Shown: piece after piece, positions 9,876 to 19,551 of the stretch
How positions within the stretch are numbered: the first letter of the stretch is position 1
How the letters are laid out: each line of letters starts with the position of its first letter
Source: an uncultured Chloroflexia bacterium
GTDB lineage: Bacteria; Chloroflexota; Chloroflexia; Thermomicrobiales; UBA6265
DNA: 64,000 bases
Reading direction: 5' to 3'
NCBI GenBank assembly: GCA_963724295.1
Contig: CAVRUC010000008.1
Span: 128,001-192,000 of the forward strand
Made by a program: the position numbers and the translations under genes
The notes under the pieces: model-generated
The model's database searches: none
What the model was told of the DNA's origin: nothing
The model's input: the letters and a program-made list of their open reading frames with translations, nothing else

Positions 9876-11106
9876 AACTTCGATATCTGCCGATCCACGA
9901 CTACCTCCGCGCCAAGCACCCTGCCCTCAAAGCCGTTCGCTCACCGGATGTCCCGCACATCCGTAGCGGTAGCTGGGTGGCAAGTTCCATGCCACGTAAT
10001 TAGGCAACTCGCGGGCATTTAATTATTTTGAACATGAACTATCGCCATCAGCTACTTGCTGATAACGTCTTTCGGCGTTTCTTCAGCACTTCATTAAGTG
10101 CGAGTTTTATGGGACTGGCATTGGTCGCAGCCGGCTTGGATCAGTTCTTCTGGCGGTCGCTCTCGGTGTTGCTGACCTGCCCTGTCTGATCTCCCGAGCC
10201 TTCAGAGCCCTTATTCGGCCATGCGACGGCTTGTGCCACTCGCCGTTCCCACTCACCGAAGAGTCGCTGATGAGCGAGAGGCGGGCATCGACACAAGGGA
10301 GCGAATTCGATCGGTCCGAATGCGGGATCGATCCCTACTCCATATGCTGGATCGAGCCCTACTCCTTTTGGAGTAGGGCTCGCAGTTCGAGCGCGGGGAG
10401 TGATGCCTTCAGCCAGCTAAAGGGATTCGTTTTCGCTTGGTTGCGGTTACTTCGTGACAGTGGTGACGAGGTCCACGGTTCCCGGACTCGTCCGGTGGCC
10501 GCTAATGAGCCTGTGCAAAACCCACCTCAGCCACCACAGATAGGGAAATCTGGAAGTCCACTCCAGCAAAGGAGCTAGGACGTTCAAACGGCAGGGACGC
10601 ACGTCTCCATCGATGTCCCTACTCCGAGGTTCATCTTGCACCCGGGGCATACAGAGGCTGTCGTCCTTCCCGCAGTTGCCGACGTCGGCAGTGAACTCCA
10701 CCTGGCTGTAGCAGCTTCACCTGCCTGGTGAAGGGGCAGCCAATGACCTCGTTGTTGCTACGCAAATGGTGATCGTGCAGTGGGTCCCGCCAGTGGGAGC
10801 CCCCCTAGCACGGCCGTGCCGGCGTCACGGCTCGCCCTCGCCTGGACAGGTCTTGCGCGGGGCGGCTTAGCAGCGTTTCAGCCCCGACAGCAGCGGGAGC
10901 GGATCAAACACGGCAGGCTGGCCACTACAAAACCGCGTGACCGACGGCCAGCCGCCTTCTTCGGAGTGCTCGGCCAAAGGGCGCCAACGCACCGACGAAG
11001 TCGACATCGGTCACACATTCGTCGTCGACGACGCGCTTGACGCCCACTGCTCTCCGCGCCTCCTGCTTCTCGAATCAACCATCCTGCCACGCGGTCGCAG
11101 ACTCGC

Positions 11107-11679
11107 TCATGGCGAGCCGGCGGCTTTGTATCGCTCGGCGAGCGTCGCCTTATCCTTCTTGCCGGGGAACTTGCGCCTCCCACTGTCTGCGGTCATACAG
11201 GTTCTGCGGCCTTTCATATGCCCTAACCCGAGCGTGTGACCAAGTTCGTGGCAGACAACGCGGTAGCGCTCGAACTCCGACGATGGTCCGCCCTCCTCGA
11301 TGAGGGCGTAGCCGCGGACAATAAGGCCATTGCTCGCGTACATGAATCCCTGTCCCCAGATGTCATTGCCGCCAACCGAGGCGGTCGAGCAGACCCAGAT
11401 CTCGCGGAGCGAGACGTTATTTGTCTCAAAGTCGCCGATTGCGTCACAGTCCCTTGGTCCGCCATTGACATACTTCAGAGTCGTCCCGCCGGGCATAATC
11501 GCCGACCATGCGGCGACCTCCTGCTCGACAATCCCGTTGAAGGTGTTGCTCGTGTAGTCGCGAACCGTAATTGTCGTTCGACCAGGCCAGACCCAAGGCC
11601 CAGACCCGGCGACCGCAGCGAGCGGAAGTAGGACGGTGGCGACAGCGATCACAAAGACAGACCTGCAACGTCGCGCCAT
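11107..11679 (-). CDS. Secreted matrixin/metzincin metalloprotease
   Basis: HELGHTLGLGH zinc motif plus Met-turn (TCM); signal peptide from ATG 11679. Confidence 0.82.
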   Translation of the reverse strand: MARRCRSVFVIAVATVLLPLAAVAGSGPWVWPGRTTITVRDYTSNTFNGIVEQEVAAWSAIMPGGTTLKYVNGGPRDCDAIGDFETNNVSLREIWVCSTASVGGNDIWGQGFMYASNGLIVRGYALIEEGGPSSEFERYRVVCHELGHTLGLGHMKGRRTCMTADSGRRKFPGKKDKATLAERYKAAGSP

Positions 11680-12804
11680 CGATTGGGCGTTTCGCTGGCT
11701 GGTTTGTGCGTCGAACACTTGATGCGCGGTGCTGTGGCACCCAGACCCCGGTGAAGCCCGTCCGACCAAAGACGGTCGAAACGGCAGTGAGGCGCGCCGG
11801 TAGGTAGCGTTGGCTGAGGCGGCCGCTCTCGGACGTGCCGAAACAGACCGCCGAGCGATCGAGATCCACTGACTTCCCTCCAGTTGCCGGAACCCATCCC
11901 TGTGTTCCGTCAAATGTCCATGGACCTGTACGTACAAGATAAGCGTCTGGATGTTCCCTGTTGCGGAGAGCCGCGCATTTCCGGACCTGAAGGCAGCGTT
12001 CCTTCCGCCTCTAAAGCTCCTTCGGTGGGAGCGGTCTAATAGTTATCTGGGGGTCGTAAGGGACACGTGCTTGGCTCCTTCCACGCGCTCACGACTGCGG
12101 CCGTGAAGTTAGGAAGCGCGGCATTGATCGAACTTGGGAGAACCTGCGGCTCCCTTTGGCGAGTGGTGAGGCATTGCCTGCTGGGCCAGAATCGGCGAAG
12201 CGAGGCGCGCTGGGGGGATCGTGCAGCGCACTGAGGACTGGTGGCCGCACTAGCAGATCGGATTATGGTGGGGCGTCAGGCATGGCACGGACCGAGCGGA
12301 GGCACGGCGTACTCCACCGAGTGAGTGCTAGCGGCCACACTGCGAAGCTCCAGTCAACCTCACTGCGCGCTCCGCCTCGCGGCTGATCTGCTGGTATTGC
12401 GTGCATGTGACTACGGTGCGGTGACCAAGCCGTAGCCTTGGAGACGACACAATACGCCAATAGATTTCGAAGAATATACGAAAGTGTCGGTTTGGCAGCA
12501 CTCTTGTGCCGCTATTCACAGTTGGTAAACCAACACGGATCGCCGATTGTGCTGTCAAAACGCTGCTAAAGCGCTATCCGGCGGGTTTTTCTTTAAGCGG
12601 CGCTCAACGAAAGATCGTTCCTTTGGTGTTGCCAAATATCGCTAATTCATAGTCTCGTGATCACCAACACTTTTCGCACTTAGATTTGCAGCAGCGCTCA
12701 TCGTGATGATGTCCCGGGGCTGTTATTAATGGCATACATCACGCATGGAATACTGTCCTGGCCCTATGGGAGGGCAGTAACGAGAAGACCGGTGTGGGAC
12801 AGAA

Positions 12805-13140
12805 ATGCCTGATTTGACATCGGAAGGCGAATATTGGGGCTTGGTGCACCGGCTCATGATCCATGGGTGGTACCGGACCGGGCAGGGGCCAGCGGATGAT
12901 TTCGAGCGCACCCAGTGGGGCTTCCGGGAGGGACACCTACGTGATGTCCCATCCTCGGCCCCGTTATGGATTCCCGCGCGCGACGAGTGCACTGCTATGC
13001 GCATCCTCCTCAGGGAGGTTGAGAGTGCCCTTGCCAACCGAGCGTCACAGGTCACCTATGCGGCAAACACCTCGCTGAGCGATCCGGGGATCCCGAGTGC
13101 TGGTCGTGAGGGCACATCACACGATTTCGCTTCGCCGTAG
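12805..13140 (+). CDS. Hypothetical protein
   Basis: ATG with a weak GGGA RBS and protein-like composition; no recognisable motif. Confidence 0.4.
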   Translation: MPDLTSEGEYWGLVHRLMIHGWYRTGQGPADDFERTQWGFREGHLRDVPSSAPLWIPARDECTAMRILLREVESALANRASQVTYAANTSLSDPGIPSAGREGTSHDFASP

Positions 13141-13466
13141 TCTCGCCGCCTTGAGGCGCGTCGCAAAGCGAAATCGTGGCGACACTGTCACGCATTTCAT
13201 CCCAAGCGCCATAGTCCGTGAACGGATACGTACCCAAGGGGACGTATTCGTCTGCGCGTCAGTGATTGACGACGTACCATGAACGCCGACGGCGCCTGAT
13301 CCTCCCGATGAAGACGCTTCGTACCAGGCACACGGGACGAATTACATACGTGCCGTAGAACGAGCCCCTGGATGCTCGCGCGCTCGCAGCGACCTGGCAG
13401 TACTGATTGCCGTGAGCAGACAGAGCGTCGAATGTCAGCATGTTGTGACCGCGTGGAGGGGCTGAT

Positions 13467-16085
13467 ATGTGTCCGTTGAAGACCAACGAAGCCCTACTCG
13501 CCCATCTCGTACAGAACAGCCCCGTGGCGATTGTCGTAAGTGGGCTCGCAGACGGGCTGATCCTCGACGTCAATGACAGCTTCTTGCAGCTCACCGGGTA
13601 CTCCCGGGACGAGGTGATCGGGCAGACATCGGTCGGCCTCGATCTCTGGTCCGATCCCAGGCAGCGCGCGCAACTGAAGGTCTTGCTCAAGAGCGGGCAA
13701 CCGGTGCGCGATTTTGAGGCCGCTGTCCGTATCAAGTCCGGCGCTGAACGTCTGGTGCTGGCAACGGTGTCGCAGATGGAGCTCGACGGCCGCTCCTACC
13801 TCGTAACGCAAATGAATGACATCACCGCTCAGCGCCATGAGCAGATCCAGTTTCGAGCGCTGGTTGAACAGATCCCGGTCATTACGTATGTGGGTGCACC
13901 GAATGATCTGATGACCTTGACCTACATCAGTCCGCAGTGCGAGGCGATTCTTGGGTACTCACCGGACGAAATTCTGGCCGGTCAACCGAGCTTTCTGGCT
14001 CGTCGGACCCACCCGGAGGACAGCGCGCAAGTTCACACCGCGGCGGAGCAAGCAAGGCGCACGTCGAGTCTCTTTTCTGCAGAGTACCGATTGCAGGCAC
14101 CTGATGATCGCTGGATTTGGTTGCGGGACGAGGCTGTGCTCGTGCCCGATCCGCTGGGACGTCCTCTCCACTGGCAGGGTGTTCTTGTGGACGTCACGGC
14201 TCGCAAGACCGCGGAAGCTGCGCTGCGTCACAGTGAGGAGCGGTTCCGGGCTCTGGTGCACAATAGCTACGATGTCGTCATCGTGCTCGACTCCGCAGGC
14301 ACTCGCAAGTACATCAGCCCCTCAATCGAGCGGCTTCTTGGCCACGCGCCAGACGATCTGCTTGGTCGCAGTCCAGAGGACCTCGTCCATCCCGACGATA
14401 TGCCCGCGCTGGCGGAGGCAATCGAATGGTGCATGCGTGGGGTCCAGGAGACCCCAGCTTTCGAGCTGCGCTTACGCCATCGTGATGGAGGCTGGCGCCA
14501 TTTCGAAGTGATCGCTACGAATTTGCTGGATGAACCGAATGTTAGCGGGATCGTACTCAATTCTCGTGAGATCACCGCTCGCAAAGACGCGGAGACTGCC
14601 CTGCGCGAAAGCGAGGAACGCTTTCGCGCGGTCTGGGAAGCGACCTCGGAGGCAATGGCCCTCGCCGATCTGGATGGGGTCGTAATTGCCGTCAATCCCG
14701 CCTTCTGCGCGCTCTACGAACTGACCCCGGAGCAGGTGGTCGGACAGAGCTTCGCCGTCATCTTTCCGGAGGAGACGCGGGTCGCGGCGGTCGAGCAGTA
14801 TCACGCCCTCTTTGCAGATCCCAACCCGCCGCCGAACTTCGAGTGGCGGGTCCAACATGCTGACGGCAGCGAGCGGTTCGTCGAGGCCCGCGCCGACTTC
14901 CTCGTTCGCGATGGGGAACGGGTGGCGATGATCGCGGTAATCCGGGACGTCACTGAGCGGCACGCCGCTATGTCGGCACTGCGAGAGAGCGAGGAGCGAT
15001 TCCGTAGCTCCTTCGACCACGCTCCTATTGGTATGGCGCTCGTCGCGCTTGACGGCCGGTTCCTCCAGGTCAATCGCGCCCTGTGCGAGCTGGTCGGTTA
15101 TACGGAGCAGGAGTTGCTCGGCAAGTCCAGCCAGGACATCGTCCATCCGGACGACCTGGAGGATGCTCTCGAGATTCACAAACGGCTATCCGCCGGAGAC
15201 CTTGACACATACCAACTGGAGCAGCGGTATCTCCGCAAAGATGGACGCTTCGTCTGGATCCTGCTAACCGGATCGGTGGTCCACGAACGTGGTGTACGGC
15301 ACTACAGCATCACCCACATTCTCGACATCACGGACCAGCGGCACCTCGAGATGGATCGTGCTGTGATGCTCGCCAGTGAACGCGAATACAACCGGCAACT
15401 CCGCGCTTTAGCGGAAATGCGGGCCGATCTAACGGCTATGGTTGCGCACGAGTTGCGTGCGCCGGTTGCCGCATTGCGCATGATGACGTTTCTCTTGGCG
15501 GGTGGTGAACTCTCACCTCAGGACGAAGCGCAGATGTTTGCGACGGTCAAGGGCGAGATCGAGCAGCTTGATCGCCTTGTCGATGACATCGCGGCCGTCA
15601 CGGTCGCTGAGCGAGAAGACTTCTCGGTGCAGCTCCATCCAGTCTCGCTCGCCATGCTCCTCGATGGCGCGCAGGCCCTCGCTCCTGGCATGTTGGCTGA
15701 CCACGATATCACCGTGCGGCCAGCTCCGGAGGAGCTGGTGTGGTGCGATCCCGAGCGTATTAGCCAGGTACTGCGTAATCTGCTGCAAAATGCCGCCAAA
15801 CACACGCCGCCCGGCACCGCCGTCGAGCTGCGCGCTCATCGGGAGGGACGGCAGGTGCGCATCGAGGTGGCCGATGATGGACCCGGGGTCGCCCCGGAGT
15901 ATGCCGACCTCATCTTCGAGAAGTTTGCGCGCGGCCCCTCCGCGGCAGCACACCAAACGTCTGGAGCAGGACTCGGTCTTTACGTATCGCGCCAGATCAT
16001 GCGGGCGCATGGATCCGATCTCACCGTTGAGTCAACGCCAGGGGCAGGAACGGTGTTTGCTTTTAGCCTGAAGGTAGCGTCATGA
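13467..16085 (+). CDS. Cytoplasmic multi-PAS sensor histidine kinase
   Basis: About five PAS repeats with SEERFR linkers, H-box AHELRAP, N-box NLLQNAAKH, DDGPG, GAGLGL. Confidence 0.95.
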   Translation: MCPLKTNEALLAHLVQNSPVAIVVSGLADGLILDVNDSFLQLTGYSRDEVIGQTSVGLDLWSDPRQRAQLKVLLKSGQPVRDFEAAVRIKSGAERLVLATVSQMELDGRSYLVTQMNDITAQRHEQIQFRALVEQIPVITYVGAPNDLMTLTYISPQCEAILGYSPDEILAGQPSFLARRTHPEDSAQVHTAAEQARRTSSLFSAEYRLQAPDDRWIWLRDEAVLVPDPLGRPLHWQGVLVDVTARKTAEAALRHSEERFRALVHNSYDVVIVLDSAGTRKYISPSIERLLGHAPDDLLGRSPEDLVHPDDMPALAEAIEWCMRGVQETPAFELRLRHRDGGWRHFEVIATNLLDEPNVSGIVLNSREITARKDAETALRESEERFRAVWEATSEAMALADLDGVVIAVNPAFCALYELTPEQVVGQSFAVIFPEETRVAAVEQYHALFADPNPPPNFEWRVQHADGSERFVEARADFLVRDGERVAMIAVIRDVTERHAAMSALRESEERFRSSFDHAPIGMALVALDGRFLQVNRALCELVGYTEQELLGKSSQDIVHPDDLEDALEIHKRLSAGDLDTYQLEQRYLRKDGRFVWILLTGSVVHERGVRHYSITHILDITDQRHLEMDRAVMLASEREYNRQLRALAEMRADLTAMVAHELRAPVAALRMMTFLLAGGELSPQDEAQMFATVKGEIEQLDRLVDDIAAVTVAEREDFSVQLHPVSLAMLLDGAQALAPGMLADHDITVRPAPEELVWCDPERISQVLRNLLQNAAKHTPPGTAVELRAHREGRQVRIEVADDGPGVAPEYADLIFEKFARGPSAAAHQTSGAGLGLYVSRQIMRAHGSDLTVESTPGAGTVFAFSLKVAS

Positions 16086-16753
16086 CTACGTCGCCAATTC
16101 ACCTCCTCCTCGTCGACGACCATGCCGCGTTCCGCCTGCCCCTGGCGCTCATTCTGGAGCGCGAGCCCGATCTGCGAGTTGCGGCTCAGACTGGTTCAAT
16201 TGCTGAAACCCGTGTCGTGCTGCCCGAGGTTTCGGGACAGATTGATGTAGCGCTCGTCGACTTGCAGCTCCCAGATGGCAATGGGGTCGAGCTGGTGCGC
16301 GACTTGCGCGTCATGAATCCCAATGGGCAGACGATCGTGCTGACGGCAGACACCGACAAGAGGCATCATGCGCAGGCGGCGGAAGCGGGCGCGGCAGGCA
16401 TAATTGTCAAGTCCGCGCAACCGGTCGAGATCGTCGATGCGATCCGACGGGTCCATGCGGGTGGGCTGGCGCTGCCAGCCAGGGAGATGATCGAGCTCCT
16501 CCGATTGGCGGGTGAGGAACGTCAGCGCGAGCAGGCCTCACAGGCGACGCTGGCACAATTGACACCTCGGGAGCGCGAGGTCCTGGCAGCGCTTGCTGAA
16601 GGACTCGACAACAAATCGATCGCGGAGCGGCTATTCATCAGCCCCGATACCGCACGCACACACGTAGTCAAGGTACTCGGCAAGCTCGGAGTCGAGTCCC
16701 GCCTGCAAGCCGCAATCGTGGCGATACAGCATGGCATCTGGTCGCCTAGCTAA
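16082..16753 (+). CDS. NarL/LuxR-family response regulator
   Basis: LLVDDH, ALVDLQLP, LTPREREVL HTH; ATGA overlap with the kinase. Confidence 0.95.
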   Translation: MTTSPIHLLLVDDHAAFRLPLALILEREPDLRVAAQTGSIAETRVVLPEVSGQIDVALVDLQLPDGNGVELVRDLRVMNPNGQTIVLTADTDKRHHAQAAEAGAAGIIVKSAQPVEIVDAIRRVHAGGLALPAREMIELLRLAGEERQREQASQATLAQLTPREREVLAALAEGLDNKSIAERLFISPDTARTHVVKVLGKLGVESRLQAAIVAIQHGIWSPS

Positions 16754-16932
16754 CGTGCGCCGAGAATCTGGCGCACCTCTGAAAGGCCGAGCGGCAGCTC
16801 GGAAATAGTTCGTGTATCGCCGCGCTCCATCACCTTGAAAAAGAGAAATAGATATCGCCCGGAGTCATCAATTGCGGTCCTTCCTAGAGGAAGCGCTCGG
16901 CGACTTGCAGATCCTCGCGCAGTGCTTATGAG

Positions 16933-17038
16933 CTACGCCTGTAAAAAGCCCAACCCCAGCCGTGTCCGGGAGAGCCAGCCGCTGACCGATGAGGTGGTCG
17001 ATCAGTTCGATGTCGAGCGATTGTCCAGCGGCCGCCAT
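16933..17038 (-). pseudogene. radC: Degenerate radC 3'-end remnant
   Basis: Translates AAGQSLDIELIDHLIGQ. DNA aligns by eye, with indels, to 37328-37435 including the ctacgcct stop region. Confidence 0.75.
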
Positions 17039-17130
17039 CGTGCAGGATGCGGTCTTTCGCACCGAACTGGGAGAACGCGCAGGGCGTTGCGCCCGCACGT
17101 TCACTTCACTTATGCACGCCGCCTGAAGAC

Positions 17131-17158
17131 TTGACAGCGTCGACCGGCGGGCTATGCT
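17131..17158 (+). promoter_or_regulatory. Sigma70-type promoter candidate
   Basis: TTGACA-N16-TATGCT, ~90 nt upstream of ATG 17250. Confidence 0.5.
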
Positions 17159-17249
17159 GACGGCGTCGGAGCAACAACTGCCGCTGGTGACTCGTCTGCT
17201 CGGCAGCCGACTCCACCGCCGCGAGGCTTGCATAACCCAGGAGGACGCC

Positions 17250-18450
17250 ATGCATCCGAGCCAGTTCGATGCGCTTTCGCGGAAGTTGGCGGATGGGTTG
17301 TCGCGACGACAGGCAGTGACGCGGTTTGGCGCGGCCGGCCTGCTGGCCGGGCTCACCAGTGCCTTCGGTCGGGATCGAGCGGCACAGGCGATCCCGGCCG
17401 GGCAGGCGGATGCCCTCAGCGTTTGCCTCCTGGACATCGTCGCCAACGTCCGCCTCGGCCCCAGCGCCGGCGCCATTCTCGAGGGGAATGTGCCGGGCGA
17501 GCTACGCGGGGAGCTGACCTTCGAGATCGGCCCGGACGGCGCCGTCGACAGCGGCCGTCTTGCCGTGGAGGGGGGCCCGGAGCTTCCAGTCGTCGGTCAG
17601 GTGGACGGCCGGGCTCTTAACCTTCGAGTGGAGGTCGGCCCCGATCAAACAGTCGTTCTCGTCGGCACTGCGGCCCGGCCTCTCGACCGATGCCGGGGGG
17701 ATGTCGACGGGTTGCTGACGGGTCCGCGCGTCGGCGATCTCGGTGATTGGCACGCCACCGCGACATCGCTGGGTGGAGGCGAAGGACCTCCGCCTACGGC
17801 CACCGCGAGTGCCGCTCCCGGCACTTCCACCGCGACCCCGACGCCCTCGGCCGCGGCCACCGCGACCGCTCCCCCGGGTGCGACCCCAACCTCGACGGCG
17901 ACTGCGACGGCAACCGCGACGGAAAGCCGACCGCACGCCGACCGCCACGCCAACGGAAACCCCGACCGAAACGCCGACTCCAGCCCCAACGGAAACGCCG
18001 ACACCGCTCCCCATTGTCTGTCCGACGGGCACGACGGACTGCGCCGGGACTTGCGTCGATCTCCAGACTGATGTGGACAACTGTGGGGCATGCGGCAACG
18101 TCTGCCCCGAAGGGCAACCTGGTTTCGTGCGCGGATGCGCCGCCGGGAACTGCTTCTTCATGCGGGAGCGAGCGTGTGCGGAAGGTCTCTCCTCCTGTAA
18201 CGGGGTGTGCGTCGACCGCCAAACGGACCCGGCCAACTGTGGGGTCTGTGGCAACGTCTGCGCCGCCGGAGAGATCTGCTTCGGTGGTCTCTGTGCCCGC
18301 GACCATCGCTGCGGTGCGGGGCTCACCAACTGCAACGACGTCTGCGTCGACCTGCTGATTGACCCGGCCAATTGCGGGGCTTGTGGCCTCGTCTGTGCCA
18401 CGGGAGAGATTTGTTTCGGGGGTCAATGCGCCCGCGACAACCGAACCTAA
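17250..18450 (+). CDS. Tat-like leader, Pro/Thr linker and Cys-rich repeat protein; frameshift near 17925
   Basis: GGAGG RBS; MHPSQFDALSRKLADGLSRRQAV leader; three CVDxxxDxxNCGxCGxVC repeats in ORF 17743-18450. Confidence 0.8.
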
Positions 18451-18765
18451 AAACGCGTCCCCACCGGCTCGCGCACCCCGGCGCCGGCAATCACGGAGGG
18501 GACCAGGGACGAATCATCGAACGCCGGTGCACCCCCGTGCAGCGTACCGGGGTGCACCGTGATTGACGATGACCGCGCTCCCGCGGGTCTCCTGTTGTAG
18601 CGCTCCTACCATCGTTCACCACGTTGACGACCGGAGCGTGGTCAACAACCGGACACGGGCCAGTGCGTCCTCCGCGACACGGCTCGGCCACGGCACGCGT
18701 TGTGGTGAGCAGAAGCGTGCAATGAACTCCGTGTTTCCGGGCAGGAGCGTGTCGAGGAGCCAACC

Positions 18766-19464
18766 ATGGACGGGGCATCATTCGATCGGCTGTCGCGGGT
18801 CGTGCACCGACTACGTCACCACGCAACCCGCCGCCAGGCTCTGCGCACCCTCGCTGTCGGCGGCCTCGCGGGCCTGTTCACTCGCCTTGGGACAGAGCAG
18901 GCAGGTGCCGCCTGCACTCAGCGCCGGCGGCGGTGCTCAGGAAACCGGGACTGCTGTGGCTATCCGGACCGCGACGTCGTCTGCGATGCCTTGCCGAGTT
19001 CCTGTGACCGGAGCGGCGATCGTTGCTGCGGCCAGCCGGACGCCTCGTGCTCCGGCAAGTGCGACTGCTGCCAGGGATTGACATGCAGCGGCGGTCGCTG
19101 CCGTGTGGGCGACGATGGCGGGGCCTGTGGGAATACGACCTGCCCGAGCGGCCAAAGATGTTGCTCTGTCAGCGGCTTCCCGCAGTGCATCGACCCCGAT
19201 ATCCTCCAATGTTGTGGGCCCAACCTCTGTAGGAAGGGCTGGTCCTGTTGCGGCAAGGGTTGTTGCGATCAGGACCAGAAATGTTGTGGAAAAGGACGGT
19301 GCTGCCCGAAGGGGTGGCGCTGTGGAAGGATCGCTTGTTACACCTCCCGGTCCGCCGCCATCGCTGAGAAGTCGGCCGAGAGCATTCCGTTTTCCGAGCC
19401 AGAACCAGGCGACGAGCAACACTGGATCGAGCAGGGCTGGCTGACGGTCGTAGAGACCAGATGA
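18766..19464 (+). CDS. Cys-rich secreted protein with FDxL...TRR leader
   Basis: GAGGAG RBS; MDGASFDRLSR...TRRQALR plus hydrophobic stretch; ~30 Cys with many CC pairs. Confidence 0.82.
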   Translation: MDGASFDRLSRVVHRLRHHATRRQALRTLAVGGLAGLFTRLGTEQAGAACTQRRRRCSGNRDCCGYPDRDVVCDALPSSCDRSGDRCCGQPDASCSGKCDCCQGLTCSGGRCRVGDDGGACGNTTCPSGQRCCSVSGFPQCIDPDILQCCGPNLCRKGWSCCGKGCCDQDQKCCGKGRCCPKGWRCGRIACYTSRSAAIAEKSAESIPFSEPEPGDEQHWIEQGWLTVVETR

Positions 19465-19551
19465 CCGTTGCGGCGAGGATGGAGCAGATGGGCACCGACG
19501 ACCCGACGCGTTGACCTGCTCCATCTGTGGGGCCAGGGCGGCCAGCCCAGC

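Noticed and set aside
13284..13310. 25-bp resemblance to the rad[11 protein letters not shown] codons
   Set aside because: Too short and GC-rich to distinguish from chance
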